NCBI GenBank assembly: GCA_951406725.2
Contig: OX597820.1
Coordinates: 124,000,001 to 124,064,000 of the forward strand
Source: Octopus vulgaris
Lineage: Eukaryota
Direction: 5' to 3'
Length of the DNA: 64,000 nt
Shown one piece after another: positions 12,945 through 25,562 of this stretch. Within the stretch, counting starts at the first letter, position 1, and each line of letters starts with the position of its first letter. The notes below the pieces were generated by a model. It was not told the origin of the DNA, did no database searches, and saw nothing but the letters and a program-made list of their open reading frames with translations. The position numbers and the translations under genes were made by a program.

Positions 12945-15780
12945 TTTATACTGACCGATATCATGACGATTAGCACAAAGCACTCGTAATGATTAGCACA
13001 AATCACTCGTCGTAGGAGATAGTGGTATATAAGGACAAAGTAGATTTATCTATACTTTAAGAATACGAATCGGCTTTTATGCAAAAAAAAATATTTTTAT
13101 GTCTCCTATTAAGAAGAGGTGATGTGGCCATTAAAATAAATAGTTTTTCGTTTATATATACTTCACAGCGCTTATTGTTAATGCTATATGAGGAAGTTTT
13201 GCCAAGGATAGGCCATTCCAAACTATAGATGATATTATTATCTTTCAATTACCAAATGTAGCTACTAAGTCCTGTAGTGTTCGCTTTACTTCTATTTCTG
13301 AAACTTGATTGGTGGGAATTATCTAAGTATCATTTCGTTTTTAGTTGCTTCTGTATAACATTATAATATAGTGTGTATGTTGTGTTGAGGAGGGTTATTA
13401 TTTATGAGGCCGTTGTCCGTGTTATTTGAGGGTAAGCTATTAGGGATGACATTTATTATATCTCTCGATTGGTTGCTCTGTTTTATGTTGTTATTTTTCC
13501 TAGTTTCATAGAAGGCCTCTAGCTTATTATTGTTGATCGTGGCTATGATAGTAGCCAGGTTACTAGTTAAGCTATGGTCCACTCTAATATTATTTTTAAA
13601 GATTTTAGAGCATTTGTTATTTAAGTTCACGTGCATATCTATAAGTCTCATTATGGTATGTACTATGTTTGTTTTAAGCCTAATCGTGAAAGGGATTATT
13701 AACCAGATCTTATCGCTATTTCGTTTATTTTTAGTATTATTAGATTTGGTGTAGAAACTGTCCTCAGTAATCTTGTAGAGTATAAAGTTATGGTTATGAA
13801 TATTATATTTCTTTCTATAGTTATTTTTATTATTATTACTATCAGTTATATTGTGGTTATTTCTGTACGGTTTCCTTAATTTATATAGATTGGTATTATC
13901 ATTCTTAACTAGGGATTATATTAGTTTTTTGGGATGCAGTATTTTTAATCCTATTGATATTTAACTTTTTATTAGTATTCATATTGGTATTCTTAATATT
14001 ACTAATTTTCACATTGTTGGTATTACTTATGTTATCGTTTTTAATGTTATTATTTATCTTCGTTTGAAACTTCTCGTTTTCCTACTGTTTTTTCTGTTAT
14101 CGTTACTGTTATTCTTATTAATGTTGTTCATATTGCTGTTATGGTTGTTAGTGTGATTTGGAGTATAGTTACTCTTATGATAAATGTCTCGGGCACTGAA
14201 GTTATTCCGGTTATTTCTACAGTGTTCAAAGTTTAGATATTTAATTTTTTCCTCATAAGCAGCTTTTTGTAATGCGCTAGTGTAGAATGTCTTATAGTTA
14301 TTGAAGATATCGTGGTTGGAAAAGAGGCAGGAAGTTATCTTGCTGATGTTTTCTACCAGTCCTCTTTTAATAAAGTTCGGATGGTTACTTGATGCGTTTA
14401 TACATTTAAGGTTTGTATTTGGATTTATGTTGGTTTCATGTAGTCCCGTGGCTAGGTTGCAGTTAGGATCTAAGTAGTTTATAGAATTATGCTCCTTTTC
14501 TATGGTAATAGTTAGGCCAAATCGTTTTTTAAAATTATATAACATTTTCTTAGTTAATTCTAATCTCCTGTTTGAGACATTTTGTTAGTATATATAGTGC
14601 ATCGTCCCTATATACCCCACCCCTGATTTCTTCCAATTCTTCCTGTAAATATGATAGTAAATACCTTTTAATATTTTACTAAATTTAGTAAATAGTAATA
14701 GTAGATAGTAAATTTTAGTAAATAGTAAAGTGGGTCAGTTATCTGTGCTGAATCCGGGGCTCCCATGGTGATATCGAAGTTATTACGGGTGTCTTTCCTT
14801 ACCCATTGTTTATTATTGATATTTAATATGGAGTTTATCGCTTCTAACATTACATTAATTTCATTCATTGTTAGTTGGGTATGACTGTCGGCGAAGATAA
14901 GAGCAGCATTAAGGATCGTAGGGTTAGTAAATGAGTAGTAATCTTCTATGTTTATTTGTAGGAACTTGTGGTTGTTCTTGTTCTGTATATTGGAGAAGCA
15001 GTTTAAGGCTTCATAGGGGTTGGACCATAGCACTAGGGCTATCTTATTCTTTAATTTAGGGATACATTTATCTAATAATAATTTACTAAACTTACATAGA
15101 TCTGACTTATTGGGGCATATTAATCTAACTTTCGCATCAGTTAAGAAATTTGGTTTATGGTCCTTTATTGTTATGCGGGGTCTGAAATTTACGAAGGATT
15201 CAGCTTTCTCCTCTATGTTGCAGTTTATCATATTATTCTTAGCTGCTAAGTTCATAGATCTTAAGTTGTTATTGGGTGTTATTTTGTATTATTTTGTAAT
15301 TTCTTTATGCAGCAGTTGGTCGTATGAATTAATATCCAAAATGTATGAATTCCTGGTTTTACCAGACTGTACAATAATTCCTTTTTGCAATTTCAGTTTG
15401 TATAGTAGGTCCTTTAGTTATTTTTGGTAGATGTTATTCCTTAGATCATGTCGTTTGAATTGTAGGTTCTTAATAGTATCCCATAGTTCGTTTTCGAAGG
15501 CATCCAAGTGGCTGTTTGGTGGCGTTCTTTTTTCTTCTTTTGAAAATTCCTTTGGTAAAGTCATTGCTGTTGTGGTGGTACGTCGTGTCTCCTTTTTGTT
15601 TTTACCATAAAATAAGGCTATCCATCGTAAGCGGTGGATGAAGTCGGTTAATTTGTTATTGAATTCTTTTCGGTATATATTTTTAGGTGGAATCGTTATA
15701 TATTTTGAAGGTGCTTGTATTGTTATTTGCTCCATTTAACCAGTATGTGCCGGTTTCATGTTTGGCTATGGCTTCTTAGT
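12945..15780 (-). mobile_element. Penelope-like retroelement (RT + GIY-YIG), near full length, decayed; Naiad-like
   Basis: ORF pieces 15418-15735, 14668-15255 (ITIKDHKPNF...RLICPNKS, FDITMGA) and 14054-14545; GVYRDDAL at ~14597-14620; KIWLIIPF at ~13690-13710; EN C-terminus SFRN...GLSSYIW.LK...EKLFIL at 13100-13315. Confidence 0.9.
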
Positions 15781-18609
15781 CAGAAATATATATGTTATGT
15801 AAGATATAAGTTAGACGTATGAAAATCATTTAAGGGATGTAGCATATAAGTATGTATGGGTATATACGTGTCTGTGATTTTATGTGTTTAATACTGGATT
15901 GGTGTAGGGTTCGTCCTGTGAATATGCGTGCGTGTGTTACATTAGGTCTCATAAATGCATCACACGTTTAATATTTAATCCATTGCAAATTTCGTATACA
16001 CTAGATATGATCGAATTTTGAATTTTTGTAAAAACATAATTGAGAAGAAAATGAAAACAAATTTCAAAATATGAAAATAAAAACATGTATGAAAATGACA
16101 GACAGATATTAACACAAAGATGCGGATGTATATGGTCCGAAAGATAGAGTAATGGGATGACTGAGAGGCAGTAGGGGAAATATAGTTGACGGGAATGATA
16201 TAAAAACTATAGTAACATTATAGAAGTAAGGCTGAACTTTAGGTATAATTAATTGCCAAAAGACAAATAACTGAAGTAAAACATTTTCCATTTTACTAAT
16301 GATATGCAACATTTATTTTGATATTCTTTGAATAACTAAAAATCAATTTCTAAATCTGAAATATATAGATAAATTCTGTCTAAAAATGACATTTTGCTTC
16401 TGGAAGAAAATACTTCTGCATTCTTTGGAATCCTTTTGAATTATAGTGTTTTGTAAACTACAGCAGGGAAAAAAACGTTCTATGAATAGATAAAAAAATT
16501 AAAATAAAATTTAAAATATCATGGACGATAAGTTGTCTATAATTAGAGGAGGATGCTATTTTTTTCACAATCTAAAGAGAATTAAGAATTTACCTGTCAC
16601 TTTACTATAGTATGTTGTATAAAGAGAATAAATAAGAAATTTAGCCGAAGTCAATTTAATTCTGTTTATATCTGTTTTAGCGCGCTCAGCAGACCTAAAA
16701 TGTTATTGATGCTCTTTCTTTTTTTGAAACAGATAAGAATAGAATTATGGGCTATAAAAATACAAGAGGTTATATACGGTCCAGCTGCAACCTATTCGTA
16801 TTGAATTCTATAGAATATTAAGAAAGGAAGCTCTCTCTATATTGGATATTGTTTACTACTTTATAGCACGAAAAATAGCAATAATTATGCTTTTATGCTT
16901 GAGAATCTCTTGCTTTTGAAAGCATAGTGGTACTATATAAAATCTATTAACTTATATATTTTCATATTGCTTTTGCTGTCAGATATGTTTAACGAACGAA
17001 TAATGTTAACATACGAAAATAGGTGAGGCTACATTTCAATAATTTAAAACATTTTTCTCAGACGACTATTTTATGTAAGATACGATTGAAGAGAAGGTAG
17101 GTATCCGAAGGGAAATTCGTATTGTGTCGGACAAAAAATGCAATATAGTTTGAAATGAGTATCGTTATTACTATAAAAGAAAAAGGCATGCAGACTAATA
17201 ATAATATTTAAGGACAAAATTGTGCAGAGTTTATCGCGATGTGTTTAGGACTAATTATATAAGAAGGGATCGGTAGTATAAGTTGTAGAAATCATAAATC
17301 ATAAAACGACGTTCCATATCATTGCTTCTTAATTGCCATGCCCTCCAAAAGGTGTATATAATGGGTGGGTGGGTGTGCACAGAGGCTTTAAATTTGCAAA
17401 CAAAGGATATCATAATATCTAATTACTGAGATTTCTTTTTAGCTCCAAACACATCAATGTCAAATGTGTATTTAATTAGCCTAGGGTCGATAAAGTAAAG
17501 TACTAGTGAAGTACTGGTCTCAATATAAATGATTATTTCTCTGGATTTCTCTGTATATTCGAAATCAATATGTAGCTTAATGAGGGCACATTGGGAATAG
17601 GAACCACTAATTCCCTTGCCAGTCTAATATAAAAATAAATATCGCTTCATGTTGCAGGCTCGGTCTTTGCCTACTTAGGAAAATGAAAAAGGAAACATTA
17701 ACAAACTCGCTTGCCGATGCAACTAATAGATTAAAGCATTCAGACCTGAACACTATAAATTCTTCATTTCACAGACTGATCCAACATATTTTATTGCTTA
17801 TGTTTTGTTGACTAGTCCGTGAATTTCGAACAAATACCATAATAGGTATTTCCTCGAAGACTACTCTATATTGTAATGAATATGTCTAGGATTACTAACG
17901 TTACTAATGTACTAATCTCGGAGGATTTTACTGTAATGTCTAACAGCTCGTATGACCATCTTCGCTTTATAATATTCCACCATATGCCGAAGGGGAACCA
18001 TTTTGTATTAGGTAGCTTAAAGCAGCCAGACTCAGCGACGAAACATATGCAGTTAGCAAGGCTTTCCAGTTGTTACTGGATGTTTTCTTCATAGTTTTCA
18101 TCTGATCGTCAAATATAGTACAGTAACTGCGTAATAGGTAGTGCATGCTTCAACCAATTCAGAAGTGAATATCTCGATACATGCATATATATTGAATACA
18201 TATATATTTGTTTGTGTACACACACACACACATACACGTACGCACGCAGACAAACAGACAGACACACACACACACACAGGTAACGTGTGTTTATGTGTGT
18301 GAGTGCAGTACCGTTGGCATTCAATTAGGTACAATTGGAAAAAAACTGATTTTGCCGAACAAACGTAGAAGCATTGACATATATGCTATAAACGGGAGGA
18401 TAGGGTAGTTGCGGGCTTGATGTATTAACAATGCCTTCTCCACGAGAGCAACAATGCTCCAAATATTCTTATTTTCTGTAATTCTCTTTATTATTTTCAG
18501 AACAAACGTATAATTCAAAGAGGTGCCATATATTCACTTCATCAGGACCAAATAGCAGCCAACTTTATCATATTATGTTCAGGGAAAGTACGTACGGGCA
18601 GGCGCATAT

Positions 18610-18720
18610 AAATACATACATGCATACATACATACATACATACATACATACATACATACATACATACATACATACATACATACATACATACGTGCGTACA
18701 TACATAAATACATACATACG
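18610..18720. repeat. (TACA)n microsatellite
   Basis: Read directly. Confidence 0.95.
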
Positions 18721-18779
18721 TGTGTATCTTGTTTCTATTCTCTGTAAACCCCATGCTATTCATGTTAAAGAATTCTGAA

Positions 18780-20056
18780 AGCTACCTCAGTGGTTCACAA
18801 GGAAACAGAAATACCAAAATTACGCACTATTTCTTTGTGGATGCAAAGAATATGCATGTGGTGAAGGAGAGCCTTTACCTGGTTGCAACATACTCGAAAA
18901 ATAGAGGGCTGGAATCTGGTCAGCAGAAATTTTGCTATATGGTTGATTGGACGCTTGGTGAGATCCGAGCTGTTGATATGAAAACCTGGAAGATACTAAT
19001 AAGCAGACATAGTTTCCACCGCAACCTAAAAGGAAAACAATGTGGCAGAAGGTTAACATCGATCGAAACTACCTTTGAATATGATAATATGATATCATAT
19101 CTCTTTGGCAACATCTTTTAAGGACCAAATGTCGAAGTGCATCCCTTGACCAAATTTACATGCATGTGGATGACAACAACATCTCCTTGAGCTGATAACC
19201 TTAAATACACGCCCAAGGAACTCGCGCAACACTACCACGACATATCATCCGAAGAAAGTATGAACCTCTATGTGCAGAAGACCATGCATGGGTATGCTAG
19301 AAGAAAGGTCTTAGATGATAGTAACATTGATCATCAAAGCAATTTATCATGGGCCAACAACCGGATCACTACTTACCACTTTCAAGGCCATTTGCTTGCA
19401 ATGCAGCATAAGGAGGTATCAGCCAAATACCTGATGCACAAATGGGACAGAGATGCAGGAAAAGTAGTAAGATGTGACAACAGATGCAAACTTTGTAGAG
19501 CTAACACCGAAGATATTACCCACATCATAAGCAGTCGTTCGAAAATGTTACTACATTATTATCTATCGATGAGACATGACGTTGTGGCTAGGACACTATA
19601 TAATGAAATCGGTCGGAAGGAAAACCCCGAGGACAAAGGAAGAAGAGCACACACAATGGTAAAAACCATAGTCACTGATGCTAAAAAAGAGTACAAATGG
19701 AATGTCCCAGTGTAAACCTCAATAAAATGTAAAGAAAATAGACCTGATATAAGTATTTGGGACAGAGAAGAGAAACTGTGTACAGCTGTGGAAATCAGCT
19801 GCCCGGCAGATTTAACATAAAGCTGAAGAACAGTGAAAAAGAGAATACTTATGCTGAACTATTGAGAAAACTGCAGTTACTCTACTCACATTACAAGTTC
19901 AGGTTTATATCTGTAAATACTATGGTACCGGGATAAGTAACATACTGCCAAAATACCAAAACCAGAAAGTAGAGAGCTGATTCCAAGACTACATATCCAA
20001 GACATCACTTGAACTGTAAAAATAATCTGTAAAACTTTCCAGAAGTTTACCATTTA
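18780..20056 (+). mobile_element. Decayed RLE-type LINE 3' portion (R4/Dong-like, subfamily 3)
   Basis: CKLC...ITHIISS, MRHDVVA, then NRPDISIWD...VEISCP after a stop (19260-19805): CCHC knuckle plus PD-(D/E)xK nuclease. Confidence 0.8.
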
Positions 20057-20152
20057 AGTAGATATGAGCATGTCTATATATGCAAATATATGCATGAGAA
20101 TACATACATAAAACAAAAATACAAATCTACACGTATACATACATACATACAT

Positions 20153-20247
<95 letters not shown>

Positions 20248-20997
20248 AGAAAATACAAAAGCATGTGTGTAGAAGATGAAGAAGAAGAAGAAGAAAAATA
20301 AATTAGTAAATGAAATAAACATAAAAATAAAGATAGCGATACGAATATAGGGAAGACTAATAGTACTTGAGAACACAGGAGAAAGGAGAGATCAGTCCAT
20401 TAAGAATAAAATAATGGAATATTTTGGAATGGTCAATATTGTAGCGACTTGTCAAAAGATGACCAGCGTTGTGCCTATTGATTTGAAATCACCTATTCAG
20501 TTCACACACATGGCATGGTATACACACACACACACACACACTATAAAGAAAATAGAGTGTGTGAACACAGAAAAATTAATTTATTTATATAATAGTCAAT
20601 TTCATATCGCTTACGTACGTTTCAATTTCTTACCTTCATTCGTATTTTGCAATTAAGATTGCATTATGGATTTAAAATGTAAAAATCTCTTCGGGATAGA
20701 ATTTGACAAATATTCGTTCAAATCCTAATGGATGGAGAGTTGGTTGCAGGCTAAGATAGCAGCAAGCTTTTGTGTATTTGTGTTTGTGGATTCCTTTCGA
20801 AAATATCCTGAGGTTAAACTACTTAGATTAAACTACCTAGGTTAAACTACTTAAACTGCTTAGATTGGTTTTATATAGGATAACTATATAAAATTCTTGC
20901 CAATTTATATATCCATATAAGTAAGCAAGAATTCAAATCAATATATATAATTAATATATTTTTATATTTATCTTTATTTTCATTTTTATTTTATTAA

Positions 20998-21381
20998 CTT
21001 TTCTTCTTCTTCTTCTTCTTCTTCTTCTTCTTCTTCTTCTTCTTCTTCTTCTTCTTCTTCTTTTTTCCTCTTCTTCCTTTTCTACCTCTTTTTCTTCTTT
21101 TTCTTCTTCTTCGTCTTTTCCCCTTCCTGCTCCTCTTCCTCCTCCTCCACCTTCACTTCCATCTTCCTCCTCCCTTTCCTCCTCTTCCTCCCCTTTCCTA
21201 CTCCTCCCCCATTCCACCTCCCGTTCCTCCTCCACACTTTCCTCCTCCTCCTCCCTGCCTCGTCTTCCTCCCTTTCCTCCTCCTCCTCTTTCTCCCAATC
21301 CCCCTCTTCCCCCTTTCCTTCTATTCCCCTCCTCACTTTCCCTCTCCCCCTCATTTTTCTCCCCCTCCTCCTCATCCCTCT
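20998..21381. repeat. Polypyrimidine tract: (CTT)n followed by CCT/CTT-rich low-complexity sequence
   Basis: ~380 nt almost free of purines on the + strand. Confidence 0.95.
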
Positions 21382-22235
21382 GTCTAATCATTAAAACATT
21401 GATTTAATTATGAATATTCAAAGAAATTATACATTAATCCCTATTTTTGTAAGCAGCTGTATCCGTAAAAATCTATTAGTAGAGAGCAGAAATTGAAAGA
21501 TATATGAAATGGACGTGTATGTGTGTGTGTATGTGTGTGTGCGTATATGTGTGTGGATGCGTGGTTGCGCATGTGTATATAAGAGAGAAGAATGGGGAGA
21601 AAGAGTGATAGAGTGAGTGAGTGAAGAGGTGTGTCGTGTTGATTGACGTCTTTTAAGTTACACACACATACATAGGAAATGTGAGGTCATTGTATAAAAT
21701 GTTTACGATAGTTCATTTATGGAAAAGATTATGTTAAATTTTTGAAATGCAAATATGTGAATGAAAATTAAGTTCAGACCTCTACATGGTAGCTATAGCT
21801 GGAAGAAATAGCAGTCAAATCTCCCTCAAAACACCCTACTGTCTTAATGCGACAATTCTGTCTATAATGTAGTTTGAATGAGAAACTGTACCTAAAGATT
21901 AAGATTATTAATTCCACAAACAGGTGAAAGAAGAGAGACAATATAGCGAACATTTTAGCTTACTGTTATCCTGTACTCTCCTTGTTGCTAGCGAAATGGT
22001 ATGTGCCAGCTGTGTGAGTAACTGGTTGTTTTAATGGCAGAACAAACAGGGGAATTGCATTAGAAAAGTTTTAATCGATTTTCTTGGTAACTATGGGGGC
22101 TACGAAAAAATACAAACCGCAGCAAAATCTATGCACCCGTCTACATCTATGTGCCATATTTCACGCGAATCCACCCAGCAGTTTGGCTGTGAACCTCAAG
22201 ACAACAAAGAATACAACGACCGCCTGAGTCCAATG

Positions 22236-22333
<98 letters not shown>

Positions 22334-24248
22334 TATATGCATACTTATATGCACACGAGCAAATATAATATTAATATTTTTGAAATCATTTGTGCGAGCA
22401 TGTGTCCAACTTCATCTTCCTTTGTCTTTTGTATGCATCAATCAGCAATGTATGCTGCCATCGCAATACCTAATATAGGACTTCGTTAACTATCCGTCCC
22501 CTTTCTCCTTATTGAAAACTTTGCTAATTCTAGTGATTCACTATTCATTCTCTCTGATTCTGTCTATCATAGAGATAAGCAGAGAGATATGTAACACGTT
22601 GCAAGCCAAAGACATACCAGAAAGTTGCCGCATAACATAGCAAACCCTTCAATATCAAATCCAATATTTTAAAATATATTCAGTTAATGATTTGCAAACA
22701 ATGTGTAACAGTACACTTATGAAACACATTTAGGAATCTCATATTACTGTCAATTTTATAGTCTATGTATTCTTGTGTAAGTTTATTTTGTAAATTGTTC
22801 ATTTGATATTTTAAGCAGTGAAGATTAAAAATTATTCATTACCTAAATTCTGCATTGAAATTATATTTGCAGACGAAAGGCATTATAAGTACAGAGTATA
22901 TGTAGCTAGAGAGCATAACATACTTCTTGATTGTAAAATACCACTTAGTATATTTCATATATTTGGAACATATTTTATAGTAATGGAATTATCAAAAGAG
23001 AAAATGTATAACATTGAGCTAATATAGGGAAATAAAACATGATTGAATTATTTATAGGAGAATATAAATGAAAACTAATATCTTGGTACACGCAGTCGGA
23101 GGATTAATGTAACATTTCTTGCACAGATGTCGGATCGAATAGGATTTCAGTAATTTACAGAACGATTAAAACAAAAGCACTTACCGTTTGAGATAATATC
23201 ATCGTTAAGTTTATTTTCGATTTAGTTTATAGGGACAATGGATCATTGAAGAGGTTGCAAAATATCGAGAATTATTTTAATGTGCCATAAATATAATGTC
23301 AGATATTTAAATGTAGATAATATCTCTTTTCTGAACGTCTTTCGTTTTATTGATGAGTTTCAACTGACATATATTTGATTGATGACAAACACTAGCTGCT
23401 AATTTCTTCTTAGGCCATCATTTCCATTGCCATTTAAGCACTTTCTAAATAACATAATAAGTAATTAAATATAGAACACTCTCCTAACAGAAATCTTGTT
23501 ACAATTTCACCCAGTACTTCCGGATATTACTTTTTGGCTCCGGCTTTCTATTAGTATGTGGATGGCATCTTTACTTGTAAACATATCGCTGTCCATATAT
23601 TCCATGTGTTTATTATCTGTACACGAAACTAGGAGTAATGGGTCGCATTGAATGCATTCTGCTGTCAAAGGATAGCGAAACAAAGCTGTAGGTTTAAACT
23701 CATAGCCAATGCCTTGCATGGACGATAATGGTGTGGCATTCTCTTCAGAGCTATACATATATCAGTGCTGATTTCAGCTATCTTCAAAATGTATATCAAC
23801 TCAAAAATAGGTACAGTATTAAATGAAAAACTATCGTGTTTATATTTCCATAATATTTACCTTGGAGTAAAAAATATTACATGAATAATATTTTTCTATA
23901 TGAATAATATTTTTGTCTTATGACTAATTCGTCTTTTGTGCTGGGCACCTGGTAGTAAATAATATTACTACCCTTCTTGTTTATATTCGCATACTACATG
24001 ATGGATTTATTCGTAAAATTCTTCCCGGCATGCCCGTGTAAATTTTGCGTCTGCGCAGAGATTTGAAAAGTTAAGATCTGCTAGTAGTCGGGTTCAACAC
24101 ATAGTCCCACATCGCTGCAGACCTCGATTAAATTTAGGCGACTCGCTGATGAAGCTGGCCTTAGCAAACATATTCTGTGTTTTGCTAGAAAGAAGCAGAA
24201 ACCGCGGTACGAGTTGTTAAAGTTATCGGTAAACGTTTTTGATTTTCA

Positions 24249-24303
<55 letters not shown>

Positions 24304-24308
24304 ATGAT

Positions 24309-24659
24309 GACCCCCTTCGGTCAGACACTGACCATGGGTTTGCACCTAGAGAGTTACCCTCTGAGGCACAAGTCTGGGCAAGATTGTTCTTTTTAATTTT
24401 TTTTTATGGAAGGCCAGCAGTCGCCCATGCATACCGGCCTCCCCTCTCCACGTCACCGATGTTGTCTAAAGGGAAAGGCAAGGGCCGATACAGCTTGGCA
24501 CCTGTGACGTCGCAACTCATTTCTACAGCTGAGTGAACTGGAGCAACGTGAAATAAAGTGTCTTGCTCAAGAACACAACACGCAGCCCGGTCCGGGATTC
24601 GAGCTCACAACCTCACGATCGTAAGCTCGACGCTCTAACCACTGAGCCACGCGCCTTCA

Positions 24660-24660
<1 letters not shown>
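24309..24660 (-). mobile_element. tRNA-derived SINE, family C, full length
   Basis: Minus head GGCGCGTGGCTCAGTGGTTAGAGC...GAGCTCGAATCCC (A/B boxes); body matches 47452-47712. Confidence 0.9.
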
Positions 24661-24717
<57 letters not shown>

Positions 24718-24899
24718 TGTGTGTGTATGTATGTATGTATGTATGTATAGTTAAAGCACGCAAGAAAGACAGTATTTTATGCATAGAAGCTACGAGTTGT
24801 AATCATTTTCTAAAATTATTTCTTCATTCTGTACGTGAAGTGGATATGTATCGAAAGAAATTAATTTCAAGGTGTTCACATATCTTCTTTTCTTCTATA

Positions 24900-25385
24900 A
24901 TTTGCGGTGTGCTGGTAGTTGGCTTCCTTGTCACGGCTGATGTAGTAATATTAGTAATAATTTTATCAGAAGCAACCATCCTTTGCGCCTTACTAGGAAT
25001 GTCGGGACTAAGCTGTTGCTATTTGCAACAGTAGCAGTCGCAGGAACCGTACTATTAGTTGCTATATTTGTCTCACTCATATATATTTCTTTATTTGTAT
25101 GTTTTGGTTCGTAGATATTGAATTTATCGATTAGGGACAGTGGATAATCATTGTCTAGGAGAGCACCCTTTAATATTTGAAGAATTTTTTCATGGATGAC
25201 TTTATCCGATAAACTTGTGCAGAATTTCTGATTATGGTATAAGTGACTCGGGATATATTCAGGCCCTCAAGTGAAGACATTCGTTTGTTGTTCCGTTTTT
25301 TTTATAGAAATGTTCGTATATACTTTGCTCTTCTTTTCGTATGGTACCCACCATAATTCTGTTTCTGTGAAGAGCGTCTAAAACA
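24900..25385 (-). mobile_element. Penelope-like RT C-terminal/thumb remnant
   Basis: Minus translation ...FYKK...FCTSLSDKVIHEKILQILKGALLDNDYPLSLI resembles the PLE ICTIVSD...L...YP..LI thumb region. Confidence 0.45.
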
Positions 25386-25421
25386 TGCATATGCTTTCCT
25401 ATGTGTGTGGATATGTGTGTG

Positions 25422-25562
<141 letters not shown>

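Noticed and set aside
16109-16312. Signal-peptide-like minus ORF after a TTTCAG acceptor
   Set aside because: Short, no convincing donor, and hydrophobicity is expected from T-rich DNA.
20951-21391. E/G/R-rich protamine-like ORFs
   Set aside because: Artefacts of the purine tract.
24580-24660. tRNA gene (also the heads at ~3310-3377 and ~43275-43346)
   Set aside because: A/B boxes continue into multicopy SINE bodies and there is no proper acceptor stem.
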